Source of the DNA: Lingula anatina
Taxonomy: Eukaryota > Animalia > Brachiopoda
Length of the DNA stretch: 64,000 nucleotides
Assembly: GCA_051362555.1 (NCBI GenBank)
Contig: CM120643.1
Span: 15,536,644 to 15,600,643, forward strand
Direction: 5' to 3'
The notes beneath the pieces are model-generated. The model did not search any database and was not told where the DNA came from. It saw only the letters and a program-made list of their open reading frames with translations. Position 1 is the first letter of the stretch, and each line of letters begins with the position of its first letter. The translations under genes and the position numbers were made by a program. Shown here one piece after another: positions 11,805-25,564 of the stretch.

Positions 11805-14800
11805 TCGAGAAATATATCGAGGATATTAACGGTTGCCAACAATTCAAATATCAAAATGAACTGGTCTTAAATCCCTCTCACTGTTGGCTATATTACGCCC
11901 GAAAGCAAAACAAATTCTGAGTCAGATTTGGCAATAGTGCTTGTAAAGGAATAGTTTGTAAGATTCCTTTAAACAAATTAAATAAATTTAAGAGGATGGA
12001 TTCTTAGACTTAAGACTATTTAGTTAGAACGTCTGGTTTGTTTATTGTTTAAAATGTTTGCCAAATTCTGTGTAATTGGAGCTCGACTGGCCACACACAA
12101 TGTCCACATATAAAAACTGTTAGCCATGCTTACACCTATTGTATTAATGCTTAAAAACATTCAATGACCAGGGAAATAACAATTTATTACGGATCTAATG
12201 GGCATATTTCGAAATATGGAGTAAATTTAGTGTTAATTTTATTTTTAAAATCTTTGAATACTTGATCTGTATGGCGTACAATTTGCTGTAAAAATTCATT
12301 TGGGGGAGATATTTAAAATCATGTTCAGTTTCGTCCAAATCTGTAATATTTTTTGAAACCCTCACGTGAGAAATCACTTTTGAAGACATTTATAATTTGA
12401 CCTTCATTTCGTGCCAGTGAGTAGCACGTGGAATGCGAAGAAGACACAATGAAACCATTCATAATTTGGTGTGAATGTCGTGAAATGTGTGTAGGCTTGA
12501 CCCACATTGCAAGTATTTACCAACAAAACAGTCCGGTCTGGTCGCGTGGTAAATATTGGACGAGGCTTGAACCAGGCCAAATATACACAGAATATATCAT
12601 CGCCAAACACACAGAGGCTTAAATCAGCACATTATGCACAGGTGAAGCTGCTTAACAAATACAAAATAACGATTTTTTTATGTTTTGTTTTTAATCACAT
12701 GAAAACAAATGTACGTTTGAAATGTTGACTGCCTAACGTATCCAAACTCTGTTTTCACCGAATTTACCAGGGGGTCAAAGATTCTCTACAACGAGAGACA
12801 GGTAAAATCCACAATACAGCACAAGAACCGTCTTCAAAACAGCCTGTCATGAAAATTTACTAGACTACTTGTTTCGATTCATTACACTGACAGTTTCCAC
12901 ATATAAGTTACCCTTAACGAACTTGACTGAATGAAAAGGAAAAAGATCGGAAAACATAAAACCAGCGAGGTTCTTGCCCTCTGATCAGGGTCTCCCAATT
13001 CTTCACTCTTTTGGTTTGAGTGAAGTTGTTAATGATTGGGATTGGAAGTCTGAGTCAACTTAAAAGTTCAGAGAAATATTGCTAATGAATACGAGGCAGC
13101 AATAAAGTTAACGGAGGATACACTGAACCCCAGAAATCATGAGGATTAAAAGCTGACTTTTACCACCAAGGGGCGTGCATTAAAGAGACAGCACAGAAAT
13201 AAATAGTAGAAATACATTTACACAATCCAGAATAATCTCAATACACAGACAGTACATGTTAATACAATTAATTAAAAATAAAAAGACATAAAAAAAATTT
13301 GGTATACACTTTTGGTTTTATCCAATCGTTACTTAGTATAGACACATTCAGAATAACACACCAAGTATTCAGGTAGCGTTCACTCCCGGATTAAATCGTT
13401 TGAATCTGATGCGATCTTAATGATGTAGTGCGTACACATTGCATTTAAACTGATGTGCACAAGGCATGTCGCCTCGGGAAGAAATGTCTCTCATTTGTAT
13501 TTATGTAAAAACAGCCAATTTTCTACTGGTATATACTTATGTAACGTTATATCAAGTAAATGACCAATAATTGATATCGATATTGAAAAGACAAAGGCCA
13601 TATTTGGTCACTTCTAGTTGATAATAGGATGGAGGCGCTCCTGCGCACCGTGAATTGGCTATATTGGTTTTAACATGGGTTTTAGTACTGCCATAAGTTA
13701 CCCCTTATGTGATGTATAGCATTTTTCTGATGGGGCTGTTATGAAGAAAACTGGATTTATTTGTGTTATACAAGTACCACTTCTAAATATCTAATAACTT
13801 TCGTCAATCGCCCAAGTCAGAATTCACACTTATCCTTTATCTTAAGAAAACTAGGGAGCTTAACAAAAATGCCTCGACTTTTGTTGATTTCGTGCACCAC
13901 ATAAATGGCAGTTGTATAAGAAAAACATTGTACAAATTGAAAATCAAGAAATCAGTTATCCGTTTTCGTCATCCTCACTCCCAAAACGAGTAAAAAAAGA
14001 GACACTTTGTTACTGCCTGAATAGCAGATCCCGTATTGCGGGGTCTATTCATCACCACTTCTACTCCCACCTTTCTCTCCTTTCATTCTCTCTTTACTTT
14101 GGTGTCTCAGTCTTGTGTCACGGTACGTGTTCTAGGTTTATCAGATCGAACTCCGGCTACGCTGAATTCTCCTTGGATTTCCTATTGATAGCATCGGTAT
14201 CAAATCAACAAAAACTAACACGAACAGTCTCGTGTAAGACATCACTTCGAGGCGTTCTCTTTATATTTGAGCACGGGAGCAAAAAATAGAGCTCCGCCGC
14301 CAGTTGTTGGATTGCCTTTAAACTCGACAAACATGGCACAGAGTAATGAAAACACAAAAGAAGTAACCTTTCACGGACAATGGGGAACATGGCATTAAAT
14401 CGCCCAAACATGGATTCTATAGTGGAAAGCAGGCAGGAGACCACAAAGTCACAAAGCCGGAGTGATATTGTACACTTTAGTAATAAAGCAACAAAGAGTT
14501 GTAAGCTAACGCGCTATAATAATGCATTGTGGTACTTTAAACGGTTTGTCATACAGGAAATAACGAAGAAAGGTGAAAGAGGGGGGGGGGGGGATGAGAA
14601 AGATAGATCTCTTCAGGAAAAGAAGCCCCTATTTTAAAAATTTATTTTTAGATGAGATAAGGTTATAAATCACGTGACTAGAAATTATTTTTTAATTTAA
14701 AAAAATGGGTACAAGATTTTACGATAAACATAACGTCGATGATTAAAAACACATGTCAATGTTAACCTTAGCGTTATGATGAAAAATTCAAGCCATAAGT

Positions 14801-16345
14801 TTATAATTCCATTTTATCACTAACTTCAGGGTGAGGGCAAGTGGGGCTTTATAATGAAAAACCTACTAAAATAAAATAACAGTGCCCCTGATTCACCACA
14901 ACACAAGTGCTCGACAGTGCCGCAACAGAGAAAGCATCAAATTTGTAGAAAGCCAAAATAAATAGGAGCAAGTTTTGAAATAAACCCAATCACGTGTTGC
15001 ATATTTGATCACGCCATCTCGTAATAATTCCCATGATTTCACACGCATATACTCTCAATTGAAAGCAGACGACAATGTTCTAAGTATTATTATTGCTGTT
15101 AGCCTTTATTCAAATGGAATTCTCGTGAAGCACTCCTGCGAAATAAATCTCATAAGTTGCCTTGTTGTTACGTGACGAAAAATAGTATCAAATCACTCGA
15201 CGTTTACGTGTATCCCAAAAAAAATCAATCTTGGGCCTAAAATTGGCTCGAAATTCATATCTATATGTACAAAAATTTTAATTTTGTTGAAATGATTTAT
15301 TGGCATTTCAAATGTAAATCAGTGTAAGATTTAAAAAAGAGAAATAATATTTCAATTCAATTGTAGTTGAATATTAGCATATATTCTCAAGCAAATAAGA
15401 TACCATATAGTATGACATTTTCACCTTTAACCTACCCCGAATTTAAAAAGTATTTTTTTTTTAATTATTCGGATCCCCATCCCCCCCGTTCCATTATCTC
15501 CAATAAGGTTGTTTTCCAACAGTTCGAGTAATTTGGCATCATATTTTTGTGAGTAACTCACGCACTGGAGCAAAGTTCCGCTATCTTTTATTTAAATATT
15601 GACATTAAGGGCTCGCGTTCAACTGATGACTAGTTGTTGCAGTACCGTGAACTCGTAGTTCAGTTCATTAAAAACCTGAATGAATTAAGTCACCAAGCTT
15701 CAGTTAACACATGTAAAACTTTCTACACTAGCGCTGTTAAATGGGAATATTAAGATTGATTAATTCGATTCAAGAAAGTATTTTATCGTTTTTTATATTT
15801 ATTAATACTTTCTAATTGATTTGAAATTTTAGAAGAAATAAGCTGATTTATAAAGATTACAGTTAACGATTTTTACTTATAAATTTTGAATGAGGCAACA
15901 TATTACGTTTTCCTCTTAGTAAAATTAAATTTTGACGAGGACATTTGTAGAAGGAGAAAAAAAGGAGCATTTAGGGCAATCAATTTATCACACACACAGA
16001 TTGAAATATGTTCACTTTAAATTTTAAACCGATAAGTTATAAAAATAGAAATATCAGGTTGAACAAAAACCCAGCGGTAGTCGAATTTAAGACGAATCAC
16101 CCATTTATATTATGAGATTCTAGGCCTACACAATCCAAAATTAAGTGAATTTTAAGACAGCATGCCATGTGCGAAAAGTTGCGGTTTTCGTTTCGGAGAT
16201 AGAATATAAATCAGTATTCAGAAAGGCTGGTGGTAGTGAGGAATCAGCGCACTGGGTTGAAATTATGCTTCATAACAAAAGCCTACATGTGAAAGACACC
16301 ACTATTTGAGAACATACAATTTTAATCAGTCTTGCGTTCTCTTAC

Positions 16346-16743
16346 CGTGTTTTTCAGAAATCTCCTCTTCCTTTTTTTCAACATTGTTATTTGTTTCATC
16401 TCTTCTTTTGTCTATTTCTTCATCACCATCCTCACCAATGTCCCTTACATCATCCTCATCTTCATCTTTGTCATTTTCCTCATCGCTGTCCTTGTTACTG
16501 CCCTCCCCACATCTATTCCGGGGGGACCAAGTCATTTTATTCTCCTTTTTCAGTCTCCTTCTTGCGTTTGCAAACCACGTAGATACTTGTGTCAAAGTCA
16601 TCTTCGTGATTATTGCGAGCATTATTTTCTCTCCTTTGGTCGGGTAGGGGTTCTTTCTGTGTTCGTAAAGCCATGCCTTTAAAGTGCTTGTTGTTTCCCG
16701 AGTTGCGTTCTTGCGGCGCGCACTATTTAAGTCGACTCCAAAG
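16346..16743 (-). CDS. Irx: Irx A exon 4: TALE homeodomain plus acidic tract
   Basis: [64 protein letters not shown] is the Iroquois homeodomain (PYP loop, WFAN), followed by a D/E-rich run. Acceptor atttcag|C, donor CACG|GTAAGA; 398 nt, phase 2-1. Confidence 0.98.
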
Positions 16744-17519
16744 CTGAAATCATAGTAGACGATGACAGTCAAGCGCTTGTTTTGTGAAAGCTCGCGGGGT
16801 CCCCTTTCATTTATTTCATTTCTTTTTAATTCTGTTCGGTGGACAGCTCGTTTTTCATTACAATGTGTCTGGTAATACAATTGAGAAAAAGATGTGCTTC
16901 GCCCTCATTTCCTATTTAAATTATAATTTCATTTGAGGAGCGTGCCTAAATCTGGGGTACACTGTAGCTCACAACGCTGACGACACGTTCATTTCGTGAT
17001 CCGCCATATTGGAAAATTCCCTGCACTTAACTAGAACCGCCAAGAGACGTCCATTAAGCCAAATATTAATTTGATTAAGCCTCTTATATCGGAATAATTG
17101 ATGAGATAATGCCCCAATTACTCCTTCTTCATTAGTCTGGGTTTGCCGTAAAAAACCGTCAAGCACTGCAGAGGGTGGTTGAACAAGGCTTACCCTTGTG
17201 CATTCCCAGACACGTAGAATATAGCTTGGGATATAGGTCTATTATAGCATTTGAACTTTCTGTGACTTGTGTCGTTGTAAATAAATGGTTTTAAACTAAC
17301 CTAATAGAAGCTAAAAATGCTACTAATTTTCATAGATGTAAGTTAAGTTTATCTCTTTAAATTTAATCCAAACTTAAATAGATCCCCACTTAGGTATAAT
17401 TCAAAATTGCACTATCAATAATTTTGTATTCAGAGTTTGGGATTATTTCTCAAACAGCGCACTTAAGACTCTTAAAAATAAAGTTCAAATAACAATTTAT
17501 TAAATATATTTTTGTGTAC

Positions 17520-17641
17520 CTGGATCCATAAGGATAGGCCGCCGCGGCCGCCGCCATAGACGTCGGATCGTAGGGATAGCTGTATGCAGAAGGCTGCGGC
17601 AGACCCCGCCATGACTCGCCCCCCTCCTTTATATCGTAATT
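17520..17641 (-). CDS. Irx: Irx A exon 3 (NYDIKEGGESWRGLPQPSAYSYPYDPTSMAAAAAAYPYGS)
   Basis: Acceptor cttcag|AAT, donor CAG|GTACAC; 122 nt, phase 0-2. The YDxKE and YPYDP motifs are typical of the Irx pre-homeodomain region. Confidence 0.92.
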
Positions 17642-18677
17642 CTGAAGATTAATATAAAATCTAAATGCATATAAAAAACACACACATATCATTCATTTTT
17701 TTTTACACAGATTGTGTACGGATATAGATAGAGGGGCAAGCAAAAGGTAAAGCTGAATACTTGGAAATATATTATTTTATACATACATACATGGAAATAA
17801 AAAAAAAAAAAAAGATTTGAAAAATTACGAAAAAAATTTAATAAAAAATGCGCATATCAATTGGATAAAACGAGCACACTTTTTACGATAAAAACTCAGC
17901 CTGTGCTGTTCTTCTACACTCTAATAACCCGGCGGCACAATGGCGTCTAATTTCCGCTAGATTCATCTCAATGCCTTAGTCGACACATAATAAGCTTATA
18001 TTACAAAATCTTCTCTTAAATTTCCTGCGCTGCGAACATCAGCGACGCGCAGTATTTTGCTTCTATCCTCTGTCAATAAAGCGCAAATCGACTTTTCAGC
18101 GATTTCAATTTTGTCCTGACTCGAATCAAGCTCGGAGAGTAGATGGGTTCAGTTAATCTGACCTACGTGGCTCTTTTACCGCAGAAAGCTATCTAAAGGT
18201 GAGTAATATAGCGGTAATTCTGTTAGATATATATCGCTGGCGTTAAATGGGCGTAATCAGCAATTGTTTAACTGTTTGCCAATTGCCTCTAATCTGGGTT
18301 AATTGTCACACGAATGGTGAGAATAATCGCATTTTAGATAGGATCGTTTTCAACTGAGATTATCGCTCTCGGTCTCGTGCCTTTTTATCCTTCATCAAGC
18401 GTGCCCAAAGATAAAATGAAACAAATATTTTGATTGAAAAATAAAGGAACAAAAAGTAAGCCATTCATTAAGAATAAAAAAATACACATAATGTTAAAAA
18501 TATTTATATGACCCTTTTCTGCAAATTGGGTCGAAAATGTGTTTTTAAGATCAACTCGCACAGAGGGGGAATTAAATCTATCCAATTACGTCACTTGACT
18601 TATACAGCAAGTGTTCCACATATTACACCACACATCAGAACCATATTGTACTCTCTTAAAAAGATAACCGCACGTAC

Positions 18678-18950
18678 CAGAGGCGAGTAGAACGCCGAAG
18701 GATCTGCTGGGTGCCCGAACGCCGACATGTACCCCTGTGCAGCGTACGCCGCCGCTGGCGAGTAGACGCCGTCCGGTAGGCCTGTGACGGCCCGGGGGTA
18801 GGGGAGCAAGCTAGGGCTGTATTGGCAAGAGCACACCGTCTGGCCCGTGTGAGGGTCGGTGAGGATTGCTCGACCTGTCTCGCAGCACGGCGCAGACGCC
18901 GACGTTGCAGTTACTGAGGGTGTCCCGCTGGCAGCCGCAGACATTAAAAA
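18678..18950 (-). CDS. Irx: Irx A exon 2 (IRO-A motif CCETGRAILTDPHTGQTVCSCQY; ends ...AFYSPL)
   Basis: Acceptor ttgtag|TTTTTAATG, donor CTG|GTACGT; 273 nt, phase 0-0. Contains the conserved invertebrate Irx Cys motif and FYSPL. Confidence 0.92.
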
Positions 18951-19279
18951 CTACAACGTACAATATAAAGGGATCATATGATTTGTTCATCAACGAATGA
19001 TTTCAGTCTCGATTCTAATTGTTATTAATTATTTTGTTATTAGATCTTTTGAAGCCAAAGGCCGTGCACTCCGCCAAGGAGCTCGCAGCGTGTTTATTTT
19101 TCCGCAATAAAAACAGTCACTTAACCCTTGACGACCTACCCAATTAGAATTGCCCAAAAATTAATTTTACGATCATCTAAAAAAATCGTCCCGGTCGCAC
19201 CAGGAATTTATTTAACCCTACAAAGAATTCTAGGAACTTGTGAAGCTGTAAGAATAATAAATCCCTTGTGAGTTCGTAC

Positions 19280-19348
19280 CTGTGTTGACCCGATGGAAGA
19301 AGCGACAGAAGGGAACGCCGCGTAGCCGAATTGCGGGTACGCCGACAT
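19280..19348 (-). CDS. Irx: Iroquois homeobox gene A, coding exon 1 (MSAYPQFGYAAFPSVASSIGSTQ)
   Basis: ATG at 19348 opens the Irx-typical M-S-x-Y/F-P-Q-F-G-Y N-terminus. The 69-nt exon ends CAG|GTACGA (phase 0) and joins exon 2 in frame. Too short for the ORF track. Confidence 0.88.
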
Positions 19349-19499
19349 ATTGTCAGTTTACCCTGGGTGCCTTAGAATCTCAGCCTGATACGGGGAAAGA
19401 GGAGCCTTCGTGTCGAAGAGCCGACGCACGGAGCAAAAAGGTCATTCGCGAGCTCGCCCTCTTTCCGACTCCCGCTAAGCTGTGTTTGCCTCTAGCTCT

Positions 19500-19900
19500 C
19501 TGCACTCCGGTCTTTCTCTCCTGCCCTGCCCTTAAAATACGCGATTACTTGTCCCGGGGCGTTGAGTTAATCCAAGGAGAAAGAATCAGTCGCAGTATGG
19601 AACGTGTCAAAACATGGGAACCCTTTAGTCCGTGATCAGTCATAGAATATGTCAATATTATACAGGCCGGATAGAGCGATTATTTCACTCAGTATCCCTG
19701 GTTTAGCTTGCACTTGGGCTCGTGTTGGAAGTGGGTCTTAACTCCATTGACAACGCTCCAATCGCTGCCCCTAACCCACTGAAGCTGACCTAACATGTAA
19801 CCCTTCCGTTGATTGGTCTTCACCTCAGTGTAAACAAAAAACACGGAGAAGTGTTTTGTCAATAGTAATTTAAGCTCCGCCTGTGTCGAGGTTATTGGCA
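19500..19900 (-). promoter_or_regulatory. Irx A core/proximal promoter
   Basis: TATA-like TATTTTAA on the minus strand (about 19532-19539), roughly 190 nt upstream of the ATG. CCAAT/ATTGG boxes near 19757, 19812 and 19894; CpG-rich leader at 19350-19560. Confidence 0.5.
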
Positions 19901-21893
19901 TTAGTTATGCCCCTCCCACTTTTGCAAAAGAAAAATCTACTAAAATTAAGAAAAAGTGTTTAAATTCATACTTTTTTCTTTTGGAAATGGGACGAAAAAG
20001 TTTTACCCATGTTGGCTGTCCAAAATGATTAATACGCACAGCATTTTTATAAATTCAAGCAAAACTGATTTAATAATTCATGACATGTACACGAGACCAA
20101 GGCTTGATTTACAGCTGACCAGTGGCTACCTAATCTCTGACCACATGTTCCGCTAGTAGTCTGTAACAAAATTACTGTACCGCCTAAACTTTAATTTTGT
20201 ACATTATTTTAGATCCCCCCTGTGATATCAAAGAGCAGGAGCTAGCTATGACTGGTCACAGGAAAGTAGATTAACCAGGTAATGTGGTTGCTCTAGGTCT
20301 CAGTTGAAAAATCTTTCCGCTTATCAAGTTGACTTAGTTTGAGACGAAATGGTGGCTGCTGTTTACTTTCAGGGTCAACAGATTTGCATAGATGCATGAC
20401 TGTTATCTTGGTTGTGTTTAACATGACGGGCCTTTGGCAGGTCCCGCATTTATCGCTGCCAGTTGCTGCTCACTCGCGGACACACTTCACCCCGACAGCA
20501 CCTCGAGTCCAACGCGCGCCTTTTCACAGTTGTCCTTACAAAAAACGCGCGCTTTTTAACTACGTGCACAAGCATGCGCTCACACACTCAGCGCTAACAT
20601 ATGAAATGCTACTGTGCACCCAGATTTACGACCCAGAAGGGGACGCTAACCTTTGTTGACGGTCTTAAAGGAAGGCGGGACAAGCAATCAGTCGTCCCGC
20701 CCTAATCTTGTAAAGATCGACCATATATTGTTTGTACGGTAATTATTGATCGCGTAATACCAGGTAATGAGCAATTCAAGGGAGGTGCACTCAGCATGAC
20801 CTTACGTAATTCCGTTGTTAAACAACTCCTCCGCGTTCTTCCCCAAATACAGGGCGCGCGTGCAGCAAGAGAGCCCCAAGAGAGCCTATCCCCGTAATCT
20901 GATATATTTTGGGCATCTCCCTACTCTGCTTTCACTATGAATTAGAAATATACCAAGCACAGCAAGTAACGATGAACTCATCTGTCGGCTAGTAAATTAA
21001 TTTGAAAACACATATGCAAATATAAGACAAAGATCGTTATTTAATAAATACCCACATCTTTATCATTTCTTTTGAGGGAGGATGCTATTGTTCTTAAAGA
21101 GAAAAAAAAAGGACGTCTAAATCAAACTAGAGTTAACCACGAGAATACGTTTCTGGTATTTAACACACGTTCAGAACGCACCAGATCCTTTTATCTCTTT
21201 TTTTACTGACCACGTACCCTGAGGGAAATCCAGCCAAGATACAAGCTAGTTGTACCTAACAAGACAGCAGATCTTAGATTAAACATATTTACTTACAAAT
21301 GTTTATCTGTTCTTTTCTGCTCTGGGCAGCTACCGCGAGCGCACAGAGCCCCAGTCCCGTAGAGGCTGGAGTATTGGGAAACTCTGTTCTCTAGAAGTGG
21401 CCGCCCCTATGGGCACATCCATACAACTGATGCCATCGGTGCTGATACATGTCCGGGTTGTTAAAACACCACCAAACACAGATATCTCGGAATTAATATT
21501 CTCCTACGCGTGCTGCAGTCTTGATTCTAATGCCAAACACGGCGGGCTAACCGAATTATACTTACTACGAGTGTACGGGGACGGAATATATTTCTGTCTG
21601 GTTTGTTCTTTGGTTTTTACATGTATGCCTCAGTAGTTATTTGTGCTGTAAAGCTTCCTCTGCGATATTTATTGTTTAAGATGCGTACACAAGGAGATCT
21701 TGAAGATGTCCTGCATATTGTACAAATTAGCACAAAAGACAGAAGTCCAGGTGGAAATCCCAAATGGCTGAAAACAATGGATGGACGTACAGGACCTTTC
21801 TCGACTAAACAATTCACTTCATACTTTGTATTCCATTCTGTTTCAAATTCGGGGTATTGGATAAAATATAGGAATACAACCGGAGTACTAACC

Positions 21894-21894
<1 letters not shown>

Positions 21895-21936
<42 letters not shown>
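21895..21936. repeat. (ATT)n microsatellite
   Basis: Read directly; explains the poly-Tyr run in spurious ORF 21603..22127. Confidence 0.97.
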
Positions 21937-24244
21937 TTGTTTTTTTTTTCGAAAATGCAAAATATCAACAACGAAGAAAAAGGACCAACTATGAACGTAG
22001 AACTACAATGCCAGCCCAGTTGGACCTGACCAATAAACAACCAGATAAAGAAACAAATGAATTTTTTAAAATTGTTTATTGTTCTTCATTAAATAAGTCA
22101 GAAATAAAAAGATGTGTTTTATGGTAAGGTGCTCAGTTTGCTATACACTTGAAGCGATTTTCAACATATTTTGATTTTTATAATGCAGGTCATTTGATCC
22201 ACGGATTGGTCTAAATATTTAAAAAATATACAGCGTGATCAAATATTTGGTCTTACTAGACAACAAGTTAATCTTTTTCGCCAATATGCTGTAACTTATT
22301 TGACGGACCTAATCATGTTTAAATATTGAACAGAATTAATCTTCTACTTAGTTAAAGAGACAACATGTTCGTTTTGCTGTCCTAAATATACTTCATTTTA
22401 CTTTTTAAGACGCCCTGTGCTTACACTGTACATCTCTTCTTTATGTTATGAAATGCATACCCCTGTTAAATAAATACAATTTTATGTTATGATTCAAAAA
22501 GAAGTCTTTCAGCGCGCCTCCAGCAAGAAGAAACAGCAATCTATAAACATATGTTTATATGAAATTTTTGAGTTAAGATTCTGCCAAGCAAACGATCAGA
22601 AAGTTTCATAAATTTAAATACTCATTAATCATATATTTGCACCCAAGCCACGTTTTATGTCCATTTAAAACAATGAAGAAAAAGAGGTATAATCACATTC
22701 GGACAAACACCTGTAAGTCTATGACCTGCGTCTGGAGATTGGAAAAAAGTTACGAACATACAGTGGATCAACTAGTCTTACAACCAATTCTGTTCAGAAT
22801 ATTAGGAGAAAATCGCCACTTGTTAGAGGTGCGCGTCATGCGGTGGTCGAAACCCCGAGGTAGAGCAACATGTCTACAGTCTGTTTTAGAAATTCTTTTT
22901 ATCATTTGTTTCTTTATTCCATCCATTTCTTTGTTTATCTATTCATTTATTTGTTATTTTGTCACCCAGGTAACAAAGTCTGATCTGATGATCGTAACTA
23001 ATAAAAAAAAAAAAAAAAAAGACAACAAGTAGGCTTATCATAACATAGTGGCCTACACGTGATCCTCTATAGTAGAACATTCTTAATGGCATGCTGTAGA
23101 CTAGTATCTTTGTTATTTATGTTTCCATATGCTTTTTAAAAGATATCCCCCCATTATCAGGGCTCAGGTGACTCTTAGGCGGTGGTCTGAATAATAGCGC
23201 CTGGCAACGTATTTCCGTTGAAGGAAAGAAGGACAATAGGGCGCCTCGCCCGCCATGGCGGAACATTTGCCTCCCAGAATTTAATGTAATAGTCACGGCT
23301 GATGGCCGTTTACCATGTCTCGGGATTATATGATTAAGCGTCACAACAATCGGACGACAATTTTTAATCATTTTCATAGTTGGTTCCCAGCAAAAAATGC
23401 GTCTACTACATGACTGAAGTATGTCGTCTGCCCGGTCGTCTGTCATGCTTGGGGGCCATGTTAACGATGTAATGGCCGATGCTAAGTATGTAGATAATGG
23501 GAAATGTCGGCTGCTGTAGACCTATGTTAGAGGTGCTGTGAGACAATGGGCTTTGATGTCATTTTTCTTGTTCAGCAATTTGTCTGACGACTCCGCTTGC
23601 CATACTAGCATACAGTTACGCGTGCCATGACCGCCGCCCCAAGTTCTATAATTCGACGGCCACATTAATTTGGTAGACCCGTAAATTAACCTTTGAGTTG
23701 TCTCTAAAACCAAACTCCAGGATATTTATATGCGCACACGTCTTAGCATCGTGAAGGGTTTCACAAAATACAAGCTGAGGCAAATCATTTTAAGCCGTTT
23801 TAACCAATAGATTAATCGATAGATCACAATTCACACGTATATTATAGGCCCTAAGTTCCGTTTCCTTTTTTCACCCCGTTCTTTTAAATGTAAAACTGTG
23901 TATTTTTTTGTAGGCCTACAAGCGCTCTTTTTGCTAATATTTGAGTAAATTACTTTCTTGAGTTTCTGCTCATTTTACAAATATTCAATACATGCTATGC
24001 AACTTCCTTGTGGTATCCATAATAGGGGTAGGCCTTGGCGAAACTTACTTTCCTGACATAAGAAATTGGAAAACGAATCAATAATAGAGTAAAGAGTCAC
24101 AGTCGTGCAAATACGAGCATAAAAATTCTGGGAATTAGAATCAAATTAAATCAAACTGCCCTCAGTAATGCACATTTTGAAAACTAATCAAAACTTACAA
24201 CACATATACTTGAAAAACACATATTCTTGAAATTGTTGAAAAAC

Positions 24245-24246
<2 letters not shown>

Positions 24247-24278
<32 letters not shown>
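24247..24278. repeat. Poly-A run
   Basis: Read directly; explains the poly-Phe ORFs at 24188 and 24195. Confidence 0.95.
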
Positions 24279-24280
<2 letters not shown>

Positions 24281-25564
24281 CATGTGGTAGAAAAATAAAA
24301 CCGTGAATTGGTAGTGTCTTGTTGACTCGAACCGATCTTCTTTGACAAAAGAGTTGCAGAGGAGGGGCAGTGAAAGTTGTTGAAATACCGAAAACATTTT
24401 TAAAGCGCAAGAGAGAGCACTTGGTATTACCACCCAAACACAGATCATCACTAAAAATATTAAGTAAGCATAAACAGCCAATTTCTAGAAAGTGAATCCC
24501 TTTACCGCACAAAGCAAATGAAATTTGGAAATTGAAATGAAAAGTACATGTTTTATGATGCTCAAGTAGCTTGGACCACAGCGATAAAATTTTATCTAAC
24601 CATTTTTTTTCCTTAAGCTAAGCCAATTTTTATTGAATATAGTATTGATATTTCACCTCTTCTCCCTTCTCAAATAAACAATCTTTGCTAACTTTGAAAA
24701 GCACGTATGTGGCTGTTCCAATTTTACTTTTTTTTGCTGAAAAAAAAAAATAGAGTAATGGAAATATATTGTCATTCGTTTAAAAAAGTAATCAAATTAA
24801 GAAAATAAAAATAATGCCCGGTAATTATAAATTGACAACTGATTTCACTAAAAAAATCATTTGGCATTTTTTTATAACTTCTACCAGCATTGTAAAATAG
24901 CTTTATTTTGGTTTAATGATTCCTGTAAAGCTAGCTGAATAAATGGTTAAAACCTAACATAAAATCAAAAGTAGCAGATGTAAATGCTTTGTATCAGTAA
25001 TCATAATATCTTAATATGAGCATAACATACCATGTATCTCCCAAATTTCTAAACTGCCCAATAATATTCCATGCACCAATCCCAAGCTCACTGATTTATC
25101 TTAACTCTTCTCAAGGACCTTGTTTGGTTTTTACCCCTTGTTGTTAGGCACCGTCGCCACTTAAATGCTGAGCATTTTTTTAAAAACAGCAACCAAGTGT
25201 CTATTTAGATATGGCAAAGGAACACAAGGTTTAGCGGAACCCTTTTATCATGACATTTTGGGGGCGCGGTTGGATATTGAAGGATTTATGCATTGTCTAA
25301 TGTTCATATCGATGATATGAGTGTTTGCCACGTGTGTGCGCATGTCGTGCAATCTGGTAAAGAATGCAGCGGTGGTGATGAATTTGTACACAGACATACC
25401 TTTTCTCCTGTATGATAGCTGCATGTCTGTTTAATGAAATGCTGGTTCTGTTCACACTAGGGAAAAATGGTCACTTCTAAAATTAGAACTGTGTTTTCCA
25501 ACTTGCATAGTATTTTTGATTAGGCAACAGATCTTAACCATTTTAAAGTATGGTCAAGTAATTA

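Noticed and set aside
16306-16682. Plus-strand Ser/His/Phe-rich ORFs
   Set aside because: Antisense shadows of the Irx homeobox and acidic-tract exon.
16744-16880. N-terminal extension of ORF 16326..16880
   Set aside because: Intronic read-through upstream of the acceptor at 16743; the same applies to 61985-62033 and 17642-17692.
19282-19635. 117-aa plus-strand ORF over the Irx A first exon and promoter
   Set aside because: Antisense to the GC-rich leader, GTG start, no homology recognised.
21603-22127. 174-aa ORF with poly-Tyr
   Set aside because: Held open by the (ATT)n microsatellite; no domain.
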